Position numbers and translations under genes: made by a program. Shown piece by piece: positions 47,191 through 58,315 of a stretch of DNA of 64,000 nt (the first letter of the stretch is position 1; every line of letters starts with the position of its first letter). The notes below the pieces were generated by a model, which saw only the letters and a list, made by a program, of their open reading frames with translations, made no database searches and was not told the DNA's origin. Source of the stretch: Oscillospiraceae bacterium (GTDB taxonomy: Bacteria > Bacillota > Clostridia > Oscillospirales > Ruminococcaceae); assembly GCA_017521825.1 (NCBI GenBank), contig JAFXBK010000084.1:30105-94104 (forward strand), in the 5' to 3' direction.

Positions 47191-47328
47191 ATCACATCCG
47201 TTTCATAATGTTTATTATATTTTAAATGAAATAATCTTAAAAGTAAAGCAAAATAAATATTAAAAACACTTTTATTTGAATAAATTTTGTGGTAATATTA
47301 ATCTGTATTTTTATAATTGGAGGATAAT

Positions 47329-48546
47329 ATGAAAAAAATTCTTTCTCTTTTTCTTGCCATTATGATGATGGTATCTCTTTTCGCTGGCTGTTCCGAAGAA
47401 AAACCGGAAGAAAATCCGGAAAATAACAACGAAAGCGAAAACCAGAGCGAAATTGTTTTTGAATCCCTTAACAAAACAATTACCGTTGTTGCTTATGACC
47501 GCGGCGAGGACGAAGCTTTTTGGAACGGCATTAAATCCGAATTTGAAAAAGCCAATTCCGGTGTTACCGTAAACCTTATCCTTTCCGAAGACGCGGCTTA
47601 CGAAGTTCGTGACAGAATCCTCGGCGGAAATTCCCCGGACGTTGTTTTCCTTCCTTCCGATGAAGAAAGCGGAGTTACAAATGCACTTGTTAAAGATAAA
47701 GCAATGCTTGCTCTTACCGATATCGAATCCGACAGCCTTGCACCTGCCGGCGCGTTTGATAATAACATCTGCAAACCTTATGAAGATAACGTAACTTATA
47801 TTGCGCCGATTTTCCTTGAGAGAACCGGACTTATCTATAACAAAGAACTTCTTTCCGAAAACGGTTTTTCCGTTCCCCAGACCTGGGATGATTTTATTTC
47901 CGTTGCGGAAGCCTGTAAAAACAAGAATTTTTCTTTCTTCACCTATGCAGGAGCTGAACCGGACGAATTTGTAGATATTTTTGCCGCGGCTCTTGTTCCG
48001 GTAATCGGAGCTGAAGAAATGGCAAAAATCCTTGACTGTGATGAAGAAGCCTGGAAAAACGAAAATATCAAAACTTTTGCTGAAAAAGTTGAAAAAATTA
48101 TAAAACTTGTTGTTTCCGGAAGCAGCACCAAATCCAAAGAGGATACCATGGATGCGCTTAAAGACGGAAAAGCACTTTTTGTTTCCGGAACGGAAGAAGA
48201 CCTTAAAGAGCTTAATAAAGACGGAGAAAAATACGCTATCTGCGCTTATCCCGCAATTTCCGGAAGCGCAACCAACATTGTTTCTTTCTCCGAAATGTAT
48301 ATTCCCGTTGAAGCAAAAGAACCGGAACTTGCAAAAGATTTTATCAAATCCGTTTATATGACCATGAGCGCATCTTCTTCCGAAAGTTATGCGGCCGGTT
48401 GCTATACCGCTGAATTTGCGGAAAAAACCGCAGAAAACGCAACCCTTTCCGATGAATTCTGCTCTCTTGTTGTGGATATTTTCAAAGGAAATGTTAAATC
48501 CGACAAATTTGCGGAAAAAATGCTTGAACATATCGAAGAATATTGA
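47329..48546 (+). CDS. extracellular solute-binding lipoprotein (family-1 sugar-type), no cognate permease genes nearby
   Basis: ATG at 47329 follows GGAGG. Lipobox FAGC. Confidence 0.8.
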   Translation: MKKILSLFLAIMMMVSLFAGCSEEKPEENPENNNESENQSEIVFESLNKTITVVAYDRGEDEAFWNGIKSEFEKANSGVTVNLILSEDAAYEVRDRILGGNSPDVVFLPSDEESGVTNALVKDKAMLALTDIESDSLAPAGAFDNNICKPYEDNVTYIAPIFLERTGLIYNKELLSENGFSVPQTWDDFISVAEACKNKNFSFFTYAGAEPDEFVDIFAAALVPVIGAEEMAKILDCDEEAWKNENIKTFAEKVEKIIKLVVSGSSTKSKEDTMDALKDGKALFVSGTEEDLKELNKDGEKYAICAYPAISGSATNIVSFSEMYIPVEAKEPELAKDFIKSVYMTMSASSSESYAAGCYTAEFAEKTAENATLSDEFCSLVVDIFKGNVKSDKFAEKMLEHIEEY

Positions 48547-48575
48547 CATTATGTTCCAAAAGGAGATTTTAAATA

Positions 48576-50519
48576 ATGGATAAACCTAAATTTTATATTA
48601 CAACGGCCATTGCTTATACTTCCAGAAAACCTCATATCGGAAACAGCTACGAAATCGTTCTTACCGACGCTATTGCAAGATATAAAAGAATGCAGGGATA
48701 TGATGTTTTCTTCCTTACCGGAACCGATGAGCACGGCCAGAAGATTGAAAAATACGCGGCTGATGCAGGAGTTACCCCCAAACAGTATGTTGATAAAGTT
48801 GCCGGAGAAATCAAAGAAATCTGCGACCTTCTCAACACCACTTATGACCATTTCATCAGAACCACTGATGATTACCACGAAAAAACCGTTCAGAAAATTT
48901 TCAAAAAACTCTATGACCAGGGCGATATTTATAAAAGCGAATACGAAGGCCTTTATTGCACCCCCTGCGAATCTTTCTGGACCGAAAGCCAGCTTGTTGA
49001 CGGAAAATGTCCGGACTGCGGCCGCGAAGTTGGAAAAGCAAAAGAGGAAGCATATTTCCTTCGCCTTTCCAAATACCAGAAACAGCTTGAAGAATTTATT
49101 GAGAGCAACGAAAACTTTATCTATCCCGAAGCACGCAAAAAAGAGATGCTCAACAACTTCATCAAACCCGGCCTTCAGGATCTTTGCGTTTCCAGAACCT
49201 CTTTTAAATGGGGCGTTCCGGTAACTTTTGATGATAAGCATGTTATCTATGTTTGGATCGACGCGCTTTCCAACTATATAACCGCTCTTGGTTACGATCC
49301 GGACGGAAGCTCCGAACAATATAAAAAATATTGGCCTGCAGATGTGCATATTATCGGTAAAGATATCGTAAGATTCCATACCATTTATTGGCCCATTATG
49401 CTCATGGCTCTTGGCGAACCGCTTCCGAAACAGGTTTACGGCCACCCCTGGCTTCTTTTCGGCGAAGATAAAATGTCCAAATCCCGCGGAAACGTAATTT
49501 ACGCGGATGACCTTACCAAAGTTTTTGGAGTTGACGCTGTTCGTTATTATCTCCTTACCGAAATGCCTCATGCTAACGATGGTTCCATTACTTATGAAGC
49601 AATGATCGACAGATTCAATACCGATCTTGCGAATACTCTTGGCAACCTTGTTAACAGAACCGTTGCTATGCAGAATAAATATTTTGATGGCGTAATCCAG
49701 TCTCCGGATTTCGGCGGAGAATTTGACGAAGACCTCAAGGCAACCGCCAAAAAGGCAATCGAAGGTTTTGATAAAAACCTTTCCGAATATAAAATGAGCG
49801 ATGCAATCGACTGCATTATGGATCTTGCTCGCCGCTGCAACAAATATATCGACGAAACAATGCCCTGGGCACTTGCAAAGGACGAAGCAAACAGAGCAAG
49901 ACTCGGAACAGTTCTTTATAACCTTCTTGAAGGAATCAGAATTCTTTCCGTTCTTATCGCTCCGATTATGCCGGAAACAACCAAAAAGATTGCGGATCAG
50001 CTTGGCCTTGAGGAACAGACTTACGAAAGCATTCAGAACTTCGGCGCTCTTGAATCCGGCAAAAAAGTCGGAACTGCAACTCCTCTTTTCTCAAGAATTG
50101 ATGCTGAAAAACTTATTGCGGAGCTTGAAGCAGCGCATAAAGCACAGCTTGAAGCTGAAAAAGCAGAAGAAAAACCGGTTATTGAACTTCAGCCGGAAAT
50201 TGCGATTGACGATTTTACCAAAGTTGAACTTCGCGTAGCAAAAATTCTTGAATGTGAAAAAGTTCCGAAAGCAAAAAAACTTTATAAAATCCAGCTTGAT
50301 GACGGAATGGGCGGACGCCAGATCGTTTCCGGAATTGCACAGCACTATACTCCCGATGAACTCATCGGCAAAAAAATCGTTGTTGTTGCAAACCTTAAAC
50401 CCGCAAAACTTTGCGGAGTGGAATCCTGCGGAATGCTTCTTGCAGGCGACAGGGAAGATGGTTCCGTTTGCGTAACCTTTATTGATGATTCCGTACCGGT
50501 AGGAACGAGGCTCCATTAA
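48576..50519 (+). CDS. metG: methionine--tRNA ligase with C-terminal tRNA-binding domain
   Basis: 647 aa. HIGN (HIGH) and KMSKS motifs, CPxC zinc knuckle, and a C-terminal Trbp111-like domain. Confidence 0.95.
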   Translation: MDKPKFYITTAIAYTSRKPHIGNSYEIVLTDAIARYKRMQGYDVFFLTGTDEHGQKIEKYAADAGVTPKQYVDKVAGEIKEICDLLNTTYDHFIRTTDDYHEKTVQKIFKKLYDQGDIYKSEYEGLYCTPCESFWTESQLVDGKCPDCGREVGKAKEEAYFLRLSKYQKQLEEFIESNENFIYPEARKKEMLNNFIKPGLQDLCVSRTSFKWGVPVTFDDKHVIYVWIDALSNYITALGYDPDGSSEQYKKYWPADVHIIGKDIVRFHTIYWPIMLMALGEPLPKQVYGHPWLLFGEDKMSKSRGNVIYADDLTKVFGVDAVRYYLLTEMPHANDGSITYEAMIDRFNTDLANTLGNLVNRTVAMQNKYFDGVIQSPDFGGEFDEDLKATAKKAIEGFDKNLSEYKMSDAIDCIMDLARRCNKYIDETMPWALAKDEANRARLGTVLYNLLEGIRILSVLIAPIMPETTKKIADQLGLEEQTYESIQNFGALESGKKVGTATPLFSRIDAEKLIAELEAAHKAQLEAEKAEEKPVIELQPEIAIDDFTKVELRVAKILECEKVPKAKKLYKIQLDDGMGGRQIVSGIAQHYTPDELIGKKIVVVANLKPAKLCGVESCGMLLAGDREDGSVCVTFIDDSVPVGTRLH

Positions 50520-51307
50520 TGGAATATAAAGGAATTTTCGACACTCATGCTCATTATGATGACGAAAGATTTGATGAAGACCGCGACACCGTGCTCAAAA
50601 ATGTTTTTGAGCACGGCGTTTCCTTGATTGTTGACCCTGCCTGCGATCTTGAATCCTGTGAAAAGGTGCTCAAACTTTCGTCCGAATACAGCAATGTTTT
50701 TTGCGCGGTCGGGATTCATCCCCATTCTGCAGAAAGCGACGGAAACGGCGATTGGCTTGAAAAAATAAGAAGATTTGCAAAAAATAAAAAAGTTGTGGCA
50801 ATCGGCGAAATCGGCCTTGATTATCATTACGATTTTTCTCCGAGAGAAAAACAGAAAGAAGTTTTTGCCGCCCAGCTTGCCCTTGCAAACGAACTTGATT
50901 TACCGGTTATAATCCACGATAGGGAAGCCCATGCAGATACCCTTGAGCTTGTAAAAAAATATCGCCCGAAGGGGATTGTTCATTGCTTTTCCGGTTCGGC
51001 GGAAACTGCAAAAGAATTTATTAAACTCGGAATGTATATCGGTTTTACCGGTTCCGTAACTTTTAAAAACGCCAACAAACTTCTGCTTGCGGCGGAAGCT
51101 GTTCCGGAGGACAGAATCCTTCTTGAAACGGATAGCCCTTATATGGCTCCGGTTCCTTACCGAGGCCAACGCTGCGACAGCAGCCTTATTCCGGCAACGG
51201 CCGAACGTCTTGCGGAAATCCGGGGAACAGATGCCCAGACGCTTATTGACCGCGCTTTTGAAAACGGTTGCAGAATTTACGGAATCAATGCGGAGGAATT
51301 TAAATGA
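50519..51307 (+). CDS. tatD: TatD family metal-dependent hydrolase
   Basis: 262 aa. DTHAH, GEIGLDYH, IHDREAH and ETDSPY motifs. TAATG overlap with metG. Confidence 0.9.
   Translation: MEYKGIFDTHAHYDDERFDEDRDTVLKNVFEHGVSLIVDPACDLESCEKVLKLSSEYSNVFCAVGIHPHSAESDGNGDWLEKIRRFAKNKKVVAIGEIGLDYHYDFSPREKQKEVFAAQLALANELDLPVIIHDREAHADTLELVKKYRPKGIVHCFSGSAETAKEFIKLGMYIGFTGSVTFKNANKLLLAAEAVPEDRILLETDSPYMAPVPYRGQRCDSSLIPATAERLAEIRGTDAQTLIDRAFENGCRIYGINAEEFK
50589..50616. repeat. perfect 13+13 bp palindrome inside the tatD coding sequence
   Basis: ccgtgctcaaaaa-tg-tttttgagcacgg, encoding TVLKNVFEHG. Confidence 0.9.
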
Positions 51308-52056
51308 GAATAAGAAGAAAACCCTGGGCAAGGCCGGAACTTGCCGAATGGGAAAATTGCATAGATGTTCCGGCGGAAAACAGAGGAAAATGGCATTCTG
51401 TTTTTAAAAATGATGCGCCTCTTATGATTGAACTCGGCTGCGGAAAAGGTGGATTTATGTCTAAACTTGCCGTTGCACATCCGGAAATCAACTTTATCGC
51501 GGTTGATATTAAAAGCGAAATGCTCGGCCTTGCAATGCGTAATATAAAACGCGAATACGCCGAAGCAAACAGGGAAATCGATAACGTTTATATCTTCAGC
51601 CAGGAAATTATGCTTATAAACAAAGTTTTTTCCGCCGAAGATGTCTGCGACAGAATTTATATCAACTTCTGTAACCCCTGGCCGAAAACCCACGACCATA
51701 AAAAACGCCTTACCCATAATAACCAGCTTATGCAGTATCGCGAATTTTTGAAAGACGGCGGGGAAATTCGTTTTAAAACCGATAATGATGATCTTTTCCT
51801 TTCTTCCAAAAGATATTTTACCGAATGCGGTTTTGAACTTACTTTTGTTACCGAAGACCTCCATAATTCCGGCTTTGAAGATAACATTATGACGGAACAC
51901 GAAAAGATGTTTTCCGAGCAGGGAATTCCGATAAAATTCCTTATCGCTAAAAAATTAACAATCAATCCATCTGAAAAAGAGACCAATGAAGGCGAAAATC
52001 GTGCTGAAAAGGTCGAAAATGTGGCCGATCAGCCCGAAAATTTTGCTGAAAAGTAA
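51304..52056 (+). CDS. trmB: tRNA (guanine46-N7)-methyltransferase
   Basis: 250 aa. ELGCGKG SAM motif and the NFCNPWPK box. ATGA overlap with tatD. Acidic C-terminal extension. Confidence 0.88.
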   Translation: MRIRRKPWARPELAEWENCIDVPAENRGKWHSVFKNDAPLMIELGCGKGGFMSKLAVAHPEINFIAVDIKSEMLGLAMRNIKREYAEANREIDNVYIFSQEIMLINKVFSAEDVCDRIYINFCNPWPKTHDHKKRLTHNNQLMQYREFLKDGGEIRFKTDNDDLFLSSKRYFTECGFELTFVTEDLHNSGFEDNIMTEHEKMFSEQGIPIKFLIAKKLTINPSEKETNEGENRAEKVENVADQPENFAEK

Positions 52057-52093
52057 ATTTTTTTAATTAATCAAAAAATATGGTTTAAAAAGA

Positions 52094-52122
52094 TTGACTT
52101 TTTATGCTAGATGGTATAAAAT
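52094..52122 (+). promoter_or_regulatory. sigma-A promoter of groESL
   Basis: TTGACT, 17 nt, TAAAAT (or 15 nt, TATAAA), immediately upstream of CIRCE. Confidence 0.6.
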
Positions 52123-52126
52123 ATTA

Positions 52127-52153
52127 TTAGCACTTGAAAAGATAGAGTGCTAA
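52127..52153 (+). promoter_or_regulatory. CIRCE operator (HrcA binding site)
   Basis: TTAGCACTT-N9-GAGTGCTAA, against the consensus TTAGCACTC-N9-GAGTGCTAA. Confidence 0.9.
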
Positions 52154-52196
52154 TGAATTGTTTTTAATAAATAACATATATTTAGGAGGATTTCCA

Positions 52197-52484
52197 ATGA
52201 ACGTAAAACCCCTTGGAGACAGAGTTGTTATTAAAATGGTTGATTACGAAGAAAAAACCAAAGGCGGCCTTTTCATTACCGCAAACGCTCAGGATAAACC
52301 TGAAATTGCCGAAGTAATTGCAGTTGGCCCCGGCGGCGTTGTTGATGGTAAAGAAGTTGTTATGCAGCTTAAAGTCGGCGATCATGTAATCATGGGCAAA
52401 TATGCCGGTACCACTGTTAAAATCGACGGCGAAGAAATCATCATCCTCTCCCAGAACGACATCCTTGCAGTTGTCGAAGATTAA
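52197..52484 (+). CDS. groES: co-chaperonin GroES
   Basis: ATG at 52197 follows AGGAGGA. Begins MNVKPLGDRVVIK. Confidence 0.95.
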   Translation: MNVKPLGDRVVIKMVDYEEKTKGGLFITANAQDKPEIAEVIAVGPGGVVDGKEVVMQLKVGDHVIMGKYAGTTVKIDGEEIIILSQNDILAVVED

Positions 52485-52514
52485 TTATTCAGTAAGTTAA
52501 CTTTTCGGAGGTAA

Positions 52515-54170
<1,656 letters not shown>

Positions 54171-54186
54171 TAAATCGATTAATATT

Positions 54187-54220
54187 AAAAAGAGCTTCCC
54201 GGAAGGGAAGCTCTTTTTTG
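54187..54220. terminator. bidirectional intrinsic terminator
   Basis: Stem agagcttccc/gggaagctct flanked by A- and T-runs. Confidence 0.85.
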
Positions 54221-54222
54221 CA

Positions 54223-54636
54223 TCAATATTGGATTTTGATAAAACCTTCGCAATCTATCTCCGAATAGGGGAGAAAGCCGCAGGATTTATAAAAAGCAAT
54301 CGTTTTTTCGGTTTTGTCTGTAACAAGCTGTGTCTGATACACGTTCGGATATAGTCCGAGCATTGTTTCAAGAAGCTTTTTGCCGATTCCTTTTCGCTGA
54401 TATTCCGGAAGAACCAGAATATCCTGAATAAACAAAACGGAAAAACCGTCTCCGACCGCGCGGATTATTCCAACAAGCTTTTCTCCGTTGTGAGCACCGA
54501 GTATTTTAAGAGAATGCTCAAATGCGTGCTCAAGCATTTCCGGACGGTTTGTATATGAGCACCAGCCGACGCTGTTATATAAATTCAAAATTTCTGCGGA
54601 ATTATAATTAGTGTATTCTTTTATTGTTATATTCAT
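54223..54636 (-). CDS. GNAT family N-acetyltransferase
   Basis: ATG at 54636 follows AAAGGAG. Acetyl-CoA motif QRKGIGKKLLE. Confidence 0.8.
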   Translation of the reverse strand: MNITIKEYTNYNSAEILNLYNSVGWCSYTNRPEMLEHAFEHSLKILGAHNGEKLVGIIRAVGDGFSVLFIQDILVLPEYQRKGIGKKLLETMLGLYPNVYQTQLVTDKTEKTIAFYKSCGFLPYSEIDCEGFIKIQY

Positions 54637-54705
54637 AAGTTCTCCTTTCAATTTTAAAATTAAAAGAGAACAGAACGCAACCTCATAAAGATACCTCCGT
54701 TAAAA

Positions 54706-55338
54706 TTATATTTCAAAAAGGTCGAAAATTTCAACCTTTTCGGTTTCATAATAGCATATAGCTACTTGTAAGTCTTTTGCGTTCCAGGTATCGGAACGAA
54801 GCGCAACAAAACCGTATTCAGTTTCTGCAATTGTTTCGCTCATTCCATGCCCCAGAACAACGTCATCAAGATATGGATAATATTTTTCGTTTTCGTCACA
54901 GCTAAACAGACTTACGTATTTGTCTTCAAAAATTTCAACATCATCATAATTCAGATGTTGATTTTTGAATCTGCCGTTTTTTGTATCATAAACGTGGTAA
55001 TATCCATCATAATTTTCCTCAAAACTGAAATCAAGGTAGGAAACATAAATGAATCTTCCGTCTGCGGAAGCATCACATTCATAATATATTCCGTTTTCAG
55101 CAATTTCGCCGAATTCTTCCGAAATCCTGTCAGTTATCAGCCTGTTTTCAAGATCATAAATAATTATTCCGAAGCATCCAAAAAAGATTGCTTTCTTTTC
55201 GTCCGCATAGATAACTTTTGGCATTTCGGCTCCGATATTCATGTTTTTTATATCGGAAAAATCAAGTTCATTCGGCTGTTTTAAGCATGAAGAAAAAATA
55301 AGAACAAAAGTAAATATCAATATAATAATTTTTTTCAT
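54706..55338 (-). CDS. hypothetical lipoprotein
   Basis: MKKIIILIFTFVLIFSSC lipobox. No other motif. Confidence 0.6.
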   Translation of the reverse strand: MKKIIILIFTFVLIFSSCLKQPNELDFSDIKNMNIGAEMPKVIYADEKKAIFFGCFGIIIYDLENRLITDRISEEFGEIAENGIYYECDASADGRFIYVSYLDFSFEENYDGYYHVYDTKNGRFKNQHLNYDDVEIFEDKYVSLFSCDENEKYYPYLDDVVLGHGMSETIAETEYGFVALRSDTWNAKDLQVAICYYETEKVEIFDLFEI

Positions 55339-55416
55339 TCACTCACCGCCTTCAGAAAATATTATATCACCGACGGTATAGTTATCAATATCCACAGATA
55401 AATCTTAAGAAAATAT

Positions 55417-55445
55417 TAAAAAAAGCCGCCTTTTGGCGGCTTTTA
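55417..55445 (-). terminator. intrinsic terminator
   Basis: Stem gccgcc/ggcggc with a T-run on the minus strand. Confidence 0.75.
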
Positions 55446-55449
55446 TTGT

Positions 55450-55740
55450 TTATTCCTCAACTTTTCCAAGCTGACGGTCAAGCCAGGTGGAAGCAAGGTC
55501 CAAAGCGGCATAAAGACCATCGCGCTCGGCGCGTTTAACAACCATTTCGGTAGGTGCGGCGTTGGGGTCGGTGGACATCATCTGAAGGGTGATGTGACCG
55601 GCAACTTCGCTTCCGGCGGCGGTTGCGGTGTTGTTTATCTGGAGCATAACAACATAAGCGTCGCGCATATCTCCGTAATAAAGTATTTTTTTACTGCGAA
55701 CAAGGGGACGGCCCTTATAGGTCATAAATTGTTCAGACAT
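55450..55740 (-). CDS. small hypothetical protein (96 aa)
   Basis: ATG at 55740 follows GGAGGA, 17 nt downstream of the ireB stop. Confidence 0.5.
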   Translation of the reverse strand: MSEQFMTYKGRPLVRSKKILYYGDMRDAYVVMLQINNTATAAGSEVAGHITLQMMSTDPNAAPTEMVVKRAERDGLYAALDLASTWLDRQLGKVEE

Positions 55741-55757
55741 ATTTTCCTCCAAATAAA

Positions 55758-56003
55758 TCAATCGTTAAGATAAGTTTTTACAAGAATCTGGAGAAGCTCA
55801 TCACGGTCAATTCTGCGGATAAGGCTTCTTGCGTTGTTGTGGGTGGTGATATAAGTAGGGTCTTCGGAAAGGATATATCCGACTATCTGGTTAATGGGGT
55901 TGTATCCTTTCTGGCGGAGTGCATCATAAACAGTGGTAAGAATTGCTTTGATTTCTTTTTCTTTATCTTCTCTGATAGAAAAGGAAATGGTAGGTTCGTT
56001 CAC
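55758..56003 (-). CDS. IreB family regulatory phosphoprotein (UPF0297)
   Basis: 81 aa. GTG start after [27 protein letters not shown] motif. Confidence 0.8.
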   Translation of the reverse strand: MNEPTISFSIREDKEKEIKAILTTVYDALRQKGYNPINQIVGYILSEDPTYITTHNNARSLIRRIDRDELLQILVKTYLND

Positions 56004-56206
56004 GGAAAATCCTCCTCTCGTTTTTGCGTCTTTGCAAAACTAAAAATTATCACATATATATTCTACATCAAAATTGGTTTTATAGCAAGAGAAGAAAAGG
56101 AAAAATTTATTAAATTTTGATTAATATATTTAATTTAACTATATGAAATGTTTTTTTGTTGTGTTATAATTAATTTGTCGAAAAATGTTTTGAACGGAGA
56201 GATTTT

Positions 56207-56782
56207 ATGGCAAAACTTTATTTCAAATACGGCGCAATGGGAAGTTCAAAATCCGCCCAGGCGCTTATTACGAAATATAACTATGAAGAACGCGGAATGA
56301 AAGTTTGGCTTATCAAACCAAAAACCGATACCCGCGACGGCGCAACCATCATTAAATCGAGAATCGGGCTTTATGCCGAAGCAGAACAAATCGGTTCTAC
56401 CGACAGCATTAAAGAGCTTTTTTCAAAACATAATGATTGCAACGTAATAATCGCCGATGAATCCCAGTTCCTTGCTCCGGAACAGATTGACGAACTTCGC
56501 GATATTGTTGATGAACTTAATATTCCGGTAATGTGTTTCGGCCTTAGAACCGATTTTATCACAAAACTTTTCCCGGGAAGTATGCGGCTTTTTGAAGTTG
56601 CGGATTCCATTACCGAAATAAAAACTATCTGCGATTGCGGAGCAAAAGCAACTGTTAACGCAAGAATGGATGATGACGGAAAAATCGTTACCGCCGGCGA
56701 ACAGGTTTGCCTTGGCGGAAACGACAGATATATCGCAATGTGCCACAAATGCTGGAAAAAAGCTATTGCCGAACAGAAATAA
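56207..56782 (+). CDS. tdk: thymidine kinase
   Basis: 191 aa. P-loop GAMGSSKS and C-terminal CxxC...CxxC zinc ribbon. Confidence 0.92.
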   Translation: MAKLYFKYGAMGSSKSAQALITKYNYEERGMKVWLIKPKTDTRDGATIIKSRIGLYAEAEQIGSTDSIKELFSKHNDCNVIIADESQFLAPEQIDELRDIVDELNIPVMCFGLRTDFITKLFPGSMRLFEVADSITEIKTICDCGAKATVNARMDDDGKIVTAGEQVCLGGNDRYIAMCHKCWKKAIAEQK

Positions 56783-56796
56783 GGAGGAAATAAATT

Positions 56797-57519
56797 ATGG
56801 CCAACTATCCGACCCCACATATCAACGCAACTCCGGAAGATTTTGCAAAAACAGTTCTTATGCCCGGAGATCCTCTCCGCTCCAGATATATTGCGGAAAA
56901 TTATCTTGAAAACGCAAAACTTGTAAACGATGTTCGCGGAATTCAGGGATATACCGGAACTTATAAAGGCGTTCCCGTTTCCGTTATGGCAAGCGGAATG
57001 GGCATGCCTTCCATCGGTGTTTATACCTATGAACTTTTCAATTTCTTCGGAGTCGAAAATATTATCAGAGTAGGTTCCGCCGGCGGAATGGGACTTCCGG
57101 TAAGCACTATTGTTGCGGCCCAGGGTTCCTGCACAACTTCCAGCTACGCTTCTCATCTTGAACTTCCGGGCGTTTTTGCTCCCATTGCGGATTTCGGACT
57201 TCTCAGCGCGCTTGTTGAAACCGCAAAGGAAAGCGGCATTGAAGTAAAAGTTGGAAACGTTGTTTCTTCCGACGTATTCTATAAAGAAGACCACATGGGT
57301 TACGTTAAAAAATGGCAGAAAATGGGCGTTCTTTGCGAAGAAATGGAATCTGCAGCTCTTTATCTTAACGCTGCAAGAGCAGGCAAAAAAGGTCTTTGCG
57401 TATGCACCATCACAGACGATATGATAACCGGCGAAGGCATAAGCTCCATGGACCGCCAGACCAAACTCGACGAGATGATAACCCTTGTTCTTGATACTGT
57501 TGTAAAAATCAGCAAATAA
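56797..57519 (+). CDS. deoD: purine nucleoside phosphorylase, DeoD type
   Basis: 240 aa. Motifs TPHI, LMPGDPLR, GMGMPS and EMESAAL. Confidence 0.92.
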   Translation: MANYPTPHINATPEDFAKTVLMPGDPLRSRYIAENYLENAKLVNDVRGIQGYTGTYKGVPVSVMASGMGMPSIGVYTYELFNFFGVENIIRVGSAGGMGLPVSTIVAAQGSCTTSSYASHLELPGVFAPIADFGLLSALVETAKESGIEVKVGNVVSSDVFYKEDHMGYVKKWQKMGVLCEEMESAALYLNAARAGKKGLCVCTITDDMITGEGISSMDRQTKLDEMITLVLDTVVKISK

Positions 57520-57548
57520 AAAATGTTTTAAACAGGACGGTGCAGCTT

Positions 57549-58166
57549 ATGTTTGTAATCGGAATTGCAGGCGGAACGGGAAGCGGAAAGACCACTTTTA
57601 CCGATACCATTGTTGAAAAATTCAAAGAATACGTTACGGTTATTCATCATGATAATTACTATAAGATCCAGGATCATCTCTCTTACGAGGAAAGATGTAA
57701 AACAAACTATGACCACCCGGATTCTTTTGATACCGAACTTATGATTGAACATATAAAAATGCTCAAAAACGGTGAAAGCGTTGAAGAACCGGTTTATGAT
57801 TACACCGTTCATAACCGAGACAAAAGCAAGACTATTCGTCTTTATCCCACGGATGTTCTTATTATTGACGGAATACTTATTCTTGAAAATAAGGAACTTT
57901 GCGACCTTATGGATATGAAGATTTTTGTCGATACCGATGCCGATGTAAGGCTTGGAAGAAGAATCCTTCGTGATATGAACGAAAGGGGAAGAAGCCTTGA
58001 ATCGGTTCTTACCCAATATGAAACAACGGTTAAACCGATGCACGAAAAATTTGTTGAACCGAGCAAAAAGAATGCGGACATTGTAATTCTTGAAGGCGGA
58101 AGAAACAAAGCTGCAATCGATCTTTTCTGCGGCTATATTAAAGAATATATAAACGAAAATAAGTAA
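57549..58166 (+). CDS. udk: uridine kinase
   Basis: P-loop GIAGGTGSGKTT. The start may instead be the GTG at 57540. Confidence 0.9.
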   Translation: MFVIGIAGGTGSGKTTFTDTIVEKFKEYVTVIHHDNYYKIQDHLSYEERCKTNYDHPDSFDTELMIEHIKMLKNGESVEEPVYDYTVHNRDKSKTIRLYPTDVLIIDGILILENKELCDLMDMKIFVDTDADVRLGRRILRDMNERGRSLESVLTQYETTVKPMHEKFVEPSKKNADIVILEGGRNKAAIDLFCGYIKEYINENK

Positions 58167-58172
58167 TTTTTG

Positions 58173-58203
58173 AAAAAACGCACCGAAAAGTGCGTTTTTT
58201 TGT
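58173..58203 (+). terminator. intrinsic terminator
   Basis: Stem aacgcac/gtgcgtt plus an 8-nt T-run. Confidence 0.85.
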
Positions 58204-58243
58204 TAAATAAAGTAAAAATTTTTGAGTTAAACATCAAATCGAC

Positions 58244-58272
58244 TTGAACTTATTTTAACATTGTGTTATATT
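58244..58272 (+). promoter_or_regulatory. sigma-A promoter of the BMP/nucleoside ABC operon
   Basis: TTGAAC, 17 nt, TATATT. Confidence 0.6.
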
Positions 58273-58315
58273 AAAAGTACTGTGAAAAAATATTACACAG
58301 GGGAGGAAAATTAAA

